This document shows positions 31,201 through 42,700 of a DNA stretch of 64,000 nt, piece by piece (the first letter of the stretch is position 1; each line of letters begins with the position of its first letter). Location of the stretch: assembly GCA_977016875.1 (NCBI GenBank), contig CDRNST010000038.1, forward strand, positions 3,100,001-3,164,000, in the 5' to 3' direction. The DNA is from Pavona decussata. Lineage: Eukaryota. The notes below the pieces were generated by a model. It searched no databases, was not told the origin of the DNA, and worked only from the letters and a program-made list of their open reading frames with translations. A program made the position numbers and the translations under genes.

Positions 31201-34200
31201 GGACAAGGGGTGACTACGGCATCATCTCATATCTAACGCGTGCCCTGGCCTGGAATATTTGTTGACTGTAGCATAACCAAAGGCAAGAGGGTTAATATTC
31301 TTTATTTCATGCAATGAGCGAGCTCTGTGAGCGAACAGTTAAACTTTTATAAAATTATACTTCATTTTTACTGAGATCGCTCAACGAATCGATCTTCAGT
31401 CCTTCGAAAAGAGTTCACGATTTGCTGCCCGCCGTTTAATCAGGTTTTAATTATCATGTTTCTCGTCCATTTAATCGGTCTTGTAAAAGAGTTTTTACGT
31501 GTACGCGTTGTTACCGTTTTACTACCGCTAAACAAAACGCAATTCAAAATTCACTACCCCTTGATATCATTTCTTCTTTATTTTCAAGAAAACAATTCTC
31601 TTTTGCGGGAATACACCAGATCTCCCAATCAATAATCATGATGCAAGTGCCGACTCAGACACCAATTAAAAGACATCTGCGTTACAGTTTCTGCACGTAC
31701 ACTCCTAAAAAGTTCAACAAAGGAAGTTTAATTTTCCATCGACTTCTTTCATGAATTGAAGTCATGTCAAACCAACAACTGAAAATAGAGCGAGTGAGAC
31801 AAAAATAGATAAAATAACAGAAACACTACACTTAGCTATAAAAATTAGCTCTGACGGTTGTCGGTAAACTGAACAATATCATTTGATGATGGTTACTTAC
31901 TTTCTTACCATTAAATCGCCTCGACATATTTGAACAACCGCTGAACAACAAATTAGGGGAACGAGAGAAAAATGTCTGTAAAAAGGTGTAAAGAAATTTA
32001 TTTTAAACGGTTCGTTATTATTTTCGGGCAAAGATGGCCAAAATTCAAAAGCTTTTTGGAGGAATCCAAGAAAATAAATCGTTTTACGAGTCAGAACTGT
32101 TAAAAAAGGTTGTGCAAACTTTAAGAGGTAAAGATTTCACTGAAGCATCAGTTTTGCGAGTGAGACAGGAAGTGATTCTCAGTTTACACTGTCATACTAC
32201 AGGCAACGAATGGCGTAAACATTGCATCTCCGTGTTTTCTTTCCATTTTTGTCTTTTTATTTGAACTCCGTCCAACATCCTGAATGCCTACGCCCTCCTC
32301 TTTTTTTTTTGCATTAATTCGAAAACAAAATTTTTAAATTTTTCTGCAAAACAATGTTTAGGAAAATCAAAAGCAGTGAAAAACGTTGGAAAAACTATTT
32401 GATTTCCGCTATGATGCAAAATTGATGTGATGCAAGTTTTGCACCTGTGTGTAAAGAGGGAGAAAATTAGAGAAAGACAATGTGAAGCAACGTTTCTGCA
32501 TATCTTTAGTAACTGAACACCATGAGGAAGAAGCAAGGCGTGACCTTCTGATTTAACGCCTGAATGGGAAAGATAAGACTCCGCTGGAGTTATACACGAA
32601 AAAAATTAAGATCATGTCGTCGTGAAAACCAGGTGCCCACGAACTCAAATTTGTTTAAAATGTTAACTTCCCGGTTCGATAAACACTCAGTGAATAACTT
32701 TACCAGAGGAAAGGTAAGACAAAAACACTGAAATAGCAAAAAGAAAAGAAAAAACAAGTATGAAAATAAAGAGAGCTTGAAGGATATCTCTATTTGCTAA
32801 CCATCTCATGTTAAATACAATGTTTTTGACATGACGGTAATTTGCCTTTGTGACGCCGGTCATAATGCTATATGGGTCCTTCCGATGACATTTTTTGGGT
32901 CGAAATTGAGCTGGAAAGGTGTAAAAGGTTTTGTCATGTGCATATTCTTTGTTTGCTAAACTGAGTCTCTCTCTTGAAACAAATCAAGGAAGTGTATTAC
33001 GCAGTAGCTTGATTTTGCATCCCTCAGAGCACAGAAAGACAAAGACGGTCAGAAATTTGTGCAATTTTACACTTTGAAAAGAAATTGTTCATTTTAGTAA
33101 AACCTGGATCATTGGTTTGTTGAATGTTTTTTAAACACTTATTCCACTCGTGTCTGTCGGACAAGGAGTGACTACGGCATACCTATCATTTCATATCTAT
33201 CGCGCGTCCCTGGAATATTTGTTGACTGTAGCATAACCAAAGGGAAGAGGGTGAATATTCTTTAGTCCATGCAATGAGCGAGCTCTGTGAGCGAAAAAGT
33301 AAACGTTTTTAAAATTATGCTTCATATTTACTGAGATCGCTCAATGAATTGATCTTCAGTCCTTCGAAAAGAGCCCACGATTCGCAAGCCGCCGTTTAAT
33401 CAGGTTTAAATTATCATGTTTCTCGTCTATTTAATCCGTCTTGTAAAAGAGGTCTCTATGCGTACGCGTTGTTACCGTTTTACTACCGCTAAACAAAACG
33501 CAATTCACAATTCACTACCCTTGATATCATTTCTTTTTTATTTTCCAAGAAAACAATTCTCTTTTGCGTGAATACACCAGATCTCCCCATCAATAATCAT
33601 GATGCAAGTGCCGACTCAGACACCAATTAAAAGACATCTGAGTTACAGTTTCTGCACGTAGACTCCTGAAAAATTCAACAAAGGAAATTTAATTTTCCAT
33701 GAACTTGCTTCACAAATTGAAGTCGCGCCAAAGTAATAAATGATAATGGAGCGAGTGAGACAAAAATAGATAAAGGAGCCACAAACACTTTTAATACTTA
33801 GTTGGAACAATTAGCTCTGACGGTTGTCGCTAAACTGAAATGTATCATTTGATGATGGTTACTTAATTTCTTACCATTAGATCGCCCCTTAAAGTTTGCA
33901 TAAAATCGAATTAACTTTCCTCTGCAAAACGATGTTCCGTGAAATCAAACTGAAGCAGTGAAAAACTTTGGAAAAAATACATTAGATTTCCGCTATGATG
34001 CAAAATTAATGTGATACCAAGTTTTGCACCTGTGTGTAAAGAGAAAGAAAATTAAAGAGAGACAATGTGAAGCAACGTTTCTGCATATCTTTAGTAACTG
34101 AACAACATGAAGAAGAAACAAGGCGTGACCTTCTGATTTAAGGCCTGAATGGGAAAGGTAAGACTTCGCCGGAGTTATACACGAAAAATAAATAAGATCA

Positions 34201-35470
34201 TGTCGTCGTAAAATCAGATACCCAGAACTCGAGTCTGTTTAGAATTTCAACTCCCCGGTTCGATCGACACTTAGTGAATAACTTTTCCAGCAGAAAGAAA
34301 AGACAGAAACGCTGACAAAATGAAAAAAAAACAAAAACAAAAAAAAAAAAATGTGAAAATAAAGTGAGAGCAGAAATAAAAATAACTGTAAATACAGGAC
34401 CAAAAAACTTTGAAAGGATAAACATAATTTGCTAACAATCTCACGTTAAATAATATTCTTGTAAATTGCCTTTACTAGTGACGCTGGTCACAATGCTATT
34501 TGTGGTTTTCCGTTGACGTTTTTTGAGGGTGGAAATTGATATGGACAAGGATTAAAGGCTTTGCCATGTGCATATTCTTTGTTTGTTAAAAGTATCTTTC
34601 TTGAAACAAATCGTTACCTTGTTCTATCGTCAGACGATGAACTCATTTCGCGGCCGCATTAGATTTACCTTAACTCTACACACACTTTTTCTGTTACTGC
34701 TTTTTTTGTTAATCTGTTATTTAAAATAACGTTAGTTCCTAGTTATTTTTCTCTCAATTTTAAAATTTTCATGAACACTTGGCTCCTTTGACCTCTTACT
34801 CGAAAGAGATAAAAGTAATTAATCAACGGTTACCGCCGTTGATTAAATAAATTGTTTACTTCTCTACAAAAAATACTGCTCTATGACAATCAACTCGAAG
34901 AAAACGGACACATCCAACTGCAACTAAATATTCAATAAATGATCCCCTTTCACTGGCGGTGGATTCCCTTTCTTAGGCAATTTTTTTCTTGCTATATTCG
35001 TAAATTTATCTTAGTTTATGTGCCAAATAACCTTAGAAACAATTTCGCTCTTTGCAATACAAGGTGACATTCAACGAGACTTTTACGCAATATACTTAAA
35101 ATGATGTCTCCTGTGTTTCCAGTTGGTCGGTGGCCTTCTAAAGTCATATTTGAGTAAGCTAATATAGTATGATATGTTAAATGCTTTAGCTGAGAATTTA
35201 AGTTTTAGAAACTGGAATCTCTCTCCTTTTCCGAATGTATGAAATGTTTTTGTCTCATTTCAATCGAGACATTCGTCGCTCCGAAAACCAAAGGTGCTAG
35301 TGTGCCAGTGGTCCGACAATTTTGCCGAAGGAAACTTTATACTTTCTTTATGACTAAATCCGCAAACCTCTGAGGCGATAAAGGCCATCCAAAGAGATAT
35401 TCACCAAAGTTTGGGGCCCTTGGTTTAATAAAAAAGAAATCATTCTATTGAAAGGTTTTGCTCATTGTCG
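28269..35470 (+). repeat. Tandem array of a ~3.1-kb non-coding unit (3 copies, two with internal deletions)
   Basis: Unit start (c)gccgtttaatc at ~28273, 31430, 33390. Copy 2 lacks ~1.2 kb (join near 32985); copy 3 lacks ~370 bp (join near 33890) and is truncated. Confidence 0.9.
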
Positions 35471-35873
35471 CCCAAACCCCGTAGTTTTAAGGTTTAAAAA
35501 TTCACCCACACAAAAAATAATTCTCAGGTTTGCTTACGGCCGCTATAGTTTTTAGTTTTAAATAACACAATTTTGAACCACTTCCTTACATCATAAAAAT
35601 AAGAAAAATTAGCTCTTTGTGTTAAACACCCATTAAAAACTGCAATAAAGAAAACAGTTTGACAAACCGAGCAGACGTATTAGCTAATTGGCTATTACTA
35701 ATTAATGACTTGCGTCAGTAAATTCAGTAGCGCCTTTCTTTCCTTCCACTAATGACGAATCACAGACCACGTGGTAATTTCCTCTTAACCATAAATAGAG
35801 CAACGGCGCCTTGCTCCTGACAAACCGGATGAGTTTGTGAAAGAAACAACAGAACTTTAGAAAATCAGCAAAT

Positions 35874-36851
35874 ATGAACACAACGGTGAATGGATCGTTG
35901 ACTTGCTCCATTCCGTTCAATCCTGCAGCAGCAAAAATTGGAAAAACCTTCGCTTACTGCCTGATCTTTGTCGTTTCGCTGCTTGGGAATTCCTTTATAG
36001 GAATAATTGTTTACAAAACGCACACCCCGAGAAAACCAATCAATTTCTTTATCGTCAACATGGCCATGTCCGACCTGCTGTATCCAATATTCCTGTTCCC
36101 CAGAGAGCTCACCTATCTGCACGCAGACTCCTGGCTTATCAGTGGTTCTCTTGGCCAGGCCTTGTGTAAACTGGTTCCCTTCTTAGTAGATGTCTCCAAT
36201 TGTGTGTCTATCCAAAGCCTCCTTCTGATAGCAGTGGATCGATTTGGAGCTGTGGTATTTCCTCTCCGTTCTCCACTTATCAGTTCAAAGCTGTGCCCCT
36301 TCTTCATTCTCGCCACGTGGATCATCCCGATGGCAGTATTGTCGCCATATTTAGTCGCCTTCAAACTTGCTGTGTACCCAGGACAACTGTTTTGTGTCTT
36401 GCGGTGGAATAAAGCCTTTGGAGAATCCTTTTCTCTTAAAAATTACCACCCTGCATTATTTGTGGTATTTTTTTACATCCCAATCGTCATGTTGGCCATG
36501 CTTTACTCTATCATCGTTATCAAGCTTAAATCACAGAAGATACCAGGCGAGCAATCAACCAACGCTGAGCAACAACGAGCGAAAAGGAACAGACACGTGT
36601 TAAAGATGTCCATTGCTATCGTGTTAGGTTTTGTACTGTGCTTTCTACCTTGGAGCATTACCATGTTACTAAGATACTTTGCACAGGACAGTTTGCCTTG
36701 TGGCTTCTTCATATACAAAAATATTTCCCAGTTTATGGCTATCTCAAATTGTGCCATCAATCCTTGCATCTGTTTCATTTTCTGTTCCAACTATCGCAAT
36801 GCACTAAAGAGACTCCTCAGGTGTTTTAGCGGCGCAGTGCATAACGGGTAA
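35874..36851 (+). CDS. Single-exon class A (rhodopsin-like) GPCR, peptide-receptor-like
   Basis: 325 aa, seven hydrophobic segments; GN in TM1, NMAMSDL, C at TM3 start, AVDRF, FVLCFLPW, NCAINPCIC. Confidence 0.93.
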   Translation: MNTTVNGSLTCSIPFNPAAAKIGKTFAYCLIFVVSLLGNSFIGIIVYKTHTPRKPINFFIVNMAMSDLLYPIFLFPRELTYLHADSWLISGSLGQALCKLVPFLVDVSNCVSIQSLLLIAVDRFGAVVFPLRSPLISSKLCPFFILATWIIPMAVLSPYLVAFKLAVYPGQLFCVLRWNKAFGESFSLKNYHPALFVVFFYIPIVMLAMLYSIIVIKLKSQKIPGEQSTNAEQQRAKRNRHVLKMSIAIVLGFVLCFLPWSITMLLRYFAQDSLPCGFFIYKNISQFMAISNCAINPCICFIFCSNYRNALKRLLRCFSGAVHNG

Positions 36852-38084
36852 TTTTTGTTGAACTCTCAGTCGAAAAAATGACCTTATATTGGGTTTACGT
36901 TACTATTTAGGAACGAATCAAGATTTAGGGAAAGCTGCCGAACTTTAAATAAACGAAAGCAACATAAACTTAGTAAAATGAATTTTTCCAATTAAGGATT
37001 GCTTTTCTAGAACACTAGTTTGGTCAAAGTTAAACTTATTATGTGGAAAAGAATAATTGTGAATATGTACTTTTCAGATGCCGTGTAATGCAAGTTAGTT
37101 ATCTGATTTATCTGAACCGTTCAACAACAGTTCTTTGAAACTGTGACTGTAAATAAACACAAACGAAAGATGTTGATCGGATTTGAAACCATTCCGTAGT
37201 CATAATATACCGGCCTGTTTAGCAGCTCAGCTGATAATTTAGAAACACTAATTATATTATCGTCAGCTGTATGTAGAAAGAAAGATGTCATCAATAAAAT
37301 GTTATAATGTAGCTCTGTATTAGGTGCATTCCTTTTTGTCTTCTGTCCAAAGTTTTGGCGAAACTGAAGAAATAGCAAGTTAAATACCACGTGAACATCT
37401 TCTCCCCCGCACTCTTTCCTTTGATATGCGCCTCCCATGCCATTACCACAAATAACACGTGTAAACAAACCGGGTTGTTTTACTGCGCAATTCAGAACCT
37501 TGTACCAGGGCGCAGAAAAGAATGGGCGGTGAACTCGCACTCGGCTCTTCGGGTTCACACTAAAGACTCAAGTGCACTTGAAGGTCAGGTGCGCTTGAAG
37601 CGCACGTAGGTTTTTGCCATAATAAGGGGTTCACAATGGGCAATTCAAGTGCACTTGTGACTTATCGCGGCAGCATCCGAGCGGACAGGTTGAAAGAAAT
37701 AAACTGCATTTGCTGCAAGCAAAAGGTTGGTTTTCTGTCGGCGAAGGAGAATTTCTTTGAGGAATCCACAACGTATCACCACCGTCGAAATGAAACGATT
37801 GCGTTCCACTCTTAACTGCCATTGGATTTGTTCGTAATCTTGCATTGATGATAGTTCAGTCTCATCCTGCTGGGAATTCATAGTTTAAAGCATAGCTAAC
37901 TATGTTTAAAGAACGCCATGTTCGGGCTACGTATTGTGAAAAAAAATCTCAAACCCACATGCGCTTGCTGCCAAACCCCGCCATCAGGATATTTTGGGTA
38001 GAAGAATGATTGACAAACAAGTAATTGGCTTGACGTGTTCTGATTGGACAAGTGCGCTGGTAAGAAAGGTCCTCAAGCTTTTTT

Positions 38085-38286
38085 GGTCAGCGGGTGGGCG
38101 CCAGGAGAGACTCTGGAGAATTCGAAAAAAATTAAAGATTTTGATTGGTTGCTCTGTATAGAGCTCCGTAACGGCTTTCATTGTTTTACCGCAGAAATCC
38201 TGCGGTGATAAAATTCCAGTACTCCAGAGTCTCTCCCGGCGACCAAGCGCTGGCCAAAGAGCCCGAGGACTCTGGGTACGAGATTG
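38085..38286. mobile_element. Non-autonomous DNA transposon (MITE) remnant
   Basis: Inverted arms ggagagactctggag/ctccagagtctctcc; right end ...ctctgggtacgagattg. Confidence 0.55.
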
Positions 38287-39773
38287 CACTTGAGACCGCA
38301 CTTCGGCTCTTGGAAGATTCGGCGTTTCCTGGGCAACTAAGTGTGATCAACCAAGTTATAAATGACCCCCGTTCACACTCAAGTACCCTTCAAGGGCCTA
38401 GTGTGAACCAACCTTGCAACGTGAAATGACCAAATTCCAGGTTTAGTGGAGAACGCCTTGAACGCCGCTCCTACCAGTTTAGTTTGGAAGATAGTTGCCC
38501 TCTGTGTACAAGTTGAACGAGTTGGAATAATGGCGAACGAGGCACACAGCAGAAAATAATATTTTTCGTTGGCGTTGCCTTCGTCACTGCTTAAATTAGA
38601 AGCCTTAGGCAAACACGAATTAAAGATATTATGACGGTAAAACAGCTGTATCGATAAACGTTAATAGCTTAAAGGCTTAATATGGAATTTCACACCAAAT
38701 ATGACGTCGCATTTATGAGAAAGTTTGATTATTCAAAGTCGTCTCTATTATACGATATCAAATCAGCTAAAAGCGTGCAAGGCTGGCTTTGACGCTTTTT
38801 TTCTATTTGAACACTAAAAGGGTCACGATTTTTTTAGTTCCAATTTGTTTCTAGTGACAACGTTTTGATTTGGAGTTTGCAATAGCTAGAAAACTAAGCA
38901 GAATTTAAGGAATTCCTCACGGGATTTCTAATGATCATGACAAACTAGTCCTGTTAATCTGGCGTTAAAAGCCAAGAAACATCATATCAACAATCCCCAA
39001 AAATCTACTTTGGGAAAAATGTTTAAATTGCTATTTTATTGATTGCTAGGTTGGAATTAATTAAAATGGCTGGTAAGCGGTGATATTGAAAACAGAAACG
39101 GGAGTGTTTTCAGCGAAAGGCCAAAAGAATTGACGTAATTTAAAATAAAATATAGTGAGAAATAGTATGAAATGAGAAAGGACAACTTATTTAAGAACTG
39201 TAGCAAATAAGTTAATTGAATTTTATCAAGAACCCGATGATGACCAGGTTCACAACGGGCCGTGCGACTGTAAAAAAACAAACAGTCCACTTTAAAGATA
39301 TCAGTTTATCGAGAGTCTAAAAGCCTCTGAAAAACACAAAAGGACGTTTTTAAATTGAAATTTGGTCTCTCAAGGGTGACTCGACAATTAAGAAATCAAG
39401 ATATAATTAACTGCAACAGGTGCCAAATATTACAGATGGAAATACACATAAAAGAAAGAGCGGAAGGAAACGATGGAACCTTTAGGGGGAATATTGACAA
39501 GAATCTTGGAGAAAAGCATAACTTTTCACGAACTCTCCAAGAGTTATTTCGGGCAATGCTGTGATTAGTTCAAGGCTTTACCACGTAATGGCTGGACTTA
39601 ATAAACTGCAGCGGATGACTCGATTGAACCAAAATATATCACCTGAAAATTGTCATTTGAAACCAGACAGATGACTGACGGCTTTCGCACATAAAAATTG
39701 ATTACCTCAGACGGACAAACAACTTACGCTCAAACAAATTATTTTCTTTGCAAAGCCGAGTTTTCACTGAGTC

Positions 39774-42700
39774 ATGGAGTCCATCGGTTTCGAGGATTTT
39801 TTGAAAGACGTGCAGTCGAAGTCAAAAGAACATTTGCTAACTACGAATTACACACGTCGGTTAATAGCGAAAACAGAAAGCAAGATGGAGGAAATTATTG
39901 GTCATCTTGAAAGAGAGGATGTCTTTGCTGTTTGGCAATTCATTGCAAATGCTGAACAAGGGGAACCAAAAGGAATGAGGGATCTGTCGATATGTCAAAA
40001 GATTATTTTAAAGGAGAAAAAGATGGAGAGTTTAAACGAATGGCTGTGTCATCTCTGTAGCTGGCAAGGAGTAAAGAGGCTATGGCACTGCCCTTCCACC
40101 ATATCCAGTGAGGAAGCAACACAGTGCACTCTAGAACTAGAGTGGGACCCGGAAGAAGAGGAGCTGGAGCAAAAGTGGTTGAGAGTCTTATCCAGTCCAC
40201 TTTACTTCGGTCTAAGGTGGCTGTGGACCACAAATCCGAACAACTCCACCGACAACACGAACGCTGAAACCAAAGATGTCATAGAAAGCGCTCTGTGTGA
40301 TTCCTACCTCCTCAAATTGATTGGCAAGCACGAGAGTCACCACAAGCGCAACGATTGCCAGGCACGAGCGTTAAGCTTGGAGAATTTCGCTGCTGGTGTT
40401 ATTGAGCAAGCAAATCCGAAAGAAGTGCGTGTAGTGATGGACATTGAAGGAACTGGGCAGCTTCTTCATAAGGACAAAAACTACAACGATGTGTGCGGAA
40501 AACGTGACTACAGCGCAAGCCTCGCTCTTCTTAGAGCTGCAGCTAAAATGGGAAGGAAAAGGGTTAGTAGAGCTAATTTTTAACCCAGTAAGAGTAGCTC
40601 ACTATTTGGTTGCTTTTCGTTTGTTTAAAGCGAACAACGACGAAGTAATTAAGCATGGCGTCTCCTTTCACTACTACACATATGTTCTGCGCATGTCGGG
40701 ATGGTCCAAGAAACTCTCGGTTCCTACTCATTCAAAGCTATTTTTGCACGTTTCATGATTATGTGGTAAATGCCTGAATGATCTCTTTTTAACATGCGTT
40801 TTTGACAGAATGCGATCGCACAGCAAACATAGAGTCAATTCAGCGATTCACATTCATAACGCGAATTTTCTTCTCGCACAGGACCTGTATTGATAAACAA
40901 TGATTTCCAATGAAGGCTTTCGTTTGTTTATTTTCAGTTTATAGCGAGCCCAAAATGCCAACGCATCCTCAACGAGGTTGTCTACCTGGATCCATGCTGG
41001 CAAGACAGGAATGTAGCAATGAAGCTTCTCTGGGTTATCTTTCAATGGCTCTTGGTTGTTGCATTTATTCCAATCTATATTCCTTATAAGCTCGCCCAAC
41101 TCTGCCTAAAAGGAACCTGCTACCGTGGCAAGTGTATGAGTGACTGTTGCTCCGGCTGCCACAACAGTCGTATGAACCGGTTTTGGAATCTTGTAAGAAA
41201 CACTTTCGAGCATCCTTATTCCAAGTTCATTAACCACACCACTTGGTACCTGTTATTTCTAAGCATTGTGTTTGCCAGCACGTTTCAAAAAACCTTTGGG
41301 ACAACCGCAACAGGACTCTCCAGATACGGTCAGTATACATAAGAATTTTGGTCTCTGTGTCGTGTTGTGTTTTCTGACAAGAAACGTTTATTCACAGATC
41401 GGTGTATAAATGGGCAGGTTAAGTTGGGGCTGTCATTTGTTTAGAGACGTTTTCTTTTTTTTTTTTTTTTTTTTTTTTTCACATACATTAATTCGAACAG
41501 CTTTCAATAAAAGGAATATATAATGGGCTCCTGGTGATAAATACATTCCCAGATTGTTATTTGTTAGCCAATAGCACCTAATATTTTCCTTTTTCTTTTC
41601 TTTTCCTCTGTTAATAGACTATGCTATGATAGCATTTATAATTGGGTTCGTGGTAGTTGGAGTCTTGGAAGCCTCTAGGCAAGGAGTGCTTATATTCTTC
41701 TCAAAATGGTGGAATGTTGTTGACACCCTCTTCGTGACAACCTTCGTGTTAGCTTACTCACTGTGGGTGTTTGCTTGGCTTTCGTACGATCAACAATGGA
41801 GACCAAGAAGTTCGAAGTTTATTTGGGCGGATATGTTCTACGCCAGTGCTTCTGTGATGACGTACTTTCACTTGGCTGATGTGTTCCAAGTTAATTCAAC
41901 TGTTGGGCCTTTACAGCTGTCCTTATACAAAATGCTTAAGGACGTGCTCAAGTTTTTCCTGATCTTCCTGCTGCTCTTCATCGCGTTCTGCACGGGGATG
42001 ACCAAGATATACTCGTTCTACGTGGCGTCGCAAGTTGAACTACAACTGCAGAATGACACCCACTATCATATCTCCCATCCGTTCGAAGGGTAAGCTAAAC
42101 TTTGCTGTACCTTGATCAAAATTACTCAAACATCTAACATAGAACCTTTTCACTACCATAAATTCTTCATAGAGCGACGGGAGGAAGAATTAAATGACTT
42201 CTCCAATGAATAACGAACTATAAATCAGTTCTTAGCAATTTCTCCAAACTATATAGAAAGAACTTGAAAAAATTGGTCAATTTTTTCAAGTTGTAATCCA
42301 TTTCCATGCAAGCCATCCGCAGCAAAACATAAGAAATACTAGCTCACGTATACTCCCACAGGGTAATTGTTAACATCACTGAACCATTATTTTAACATTT
42401 CGTTCAATACAAATATGTTTTTTCGCTATTCAAAGACACATTAAAAATTGGTGACACTGCCTCTCTAAAGTGTCCGTATTCACAAAGCACACCAAAAGCT
42501 ACTGAAGGTGATGCACGTTTAGGTTCAAAAAAAATCGCTTTCATGATTTAAGTGTCAATGTATTTAGCACAGAGCACTAATTCAGGGAAGGATGCGCTCT
42601 CGAGATCGAATTGCAATTTGGAAATGTTGGTTTTTGAGGAGAAGGGAAAACCGGAGTACCCGGAGGAAAACCTCTCAAAGCAAGGACAAGAACCCACATC

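Noticed and set aside
37121-39564. Short ORFs between the GPCR and TRP genes
   Set aside because: No recognisable motifs or consistent splice pattern; some overlap a MITE.
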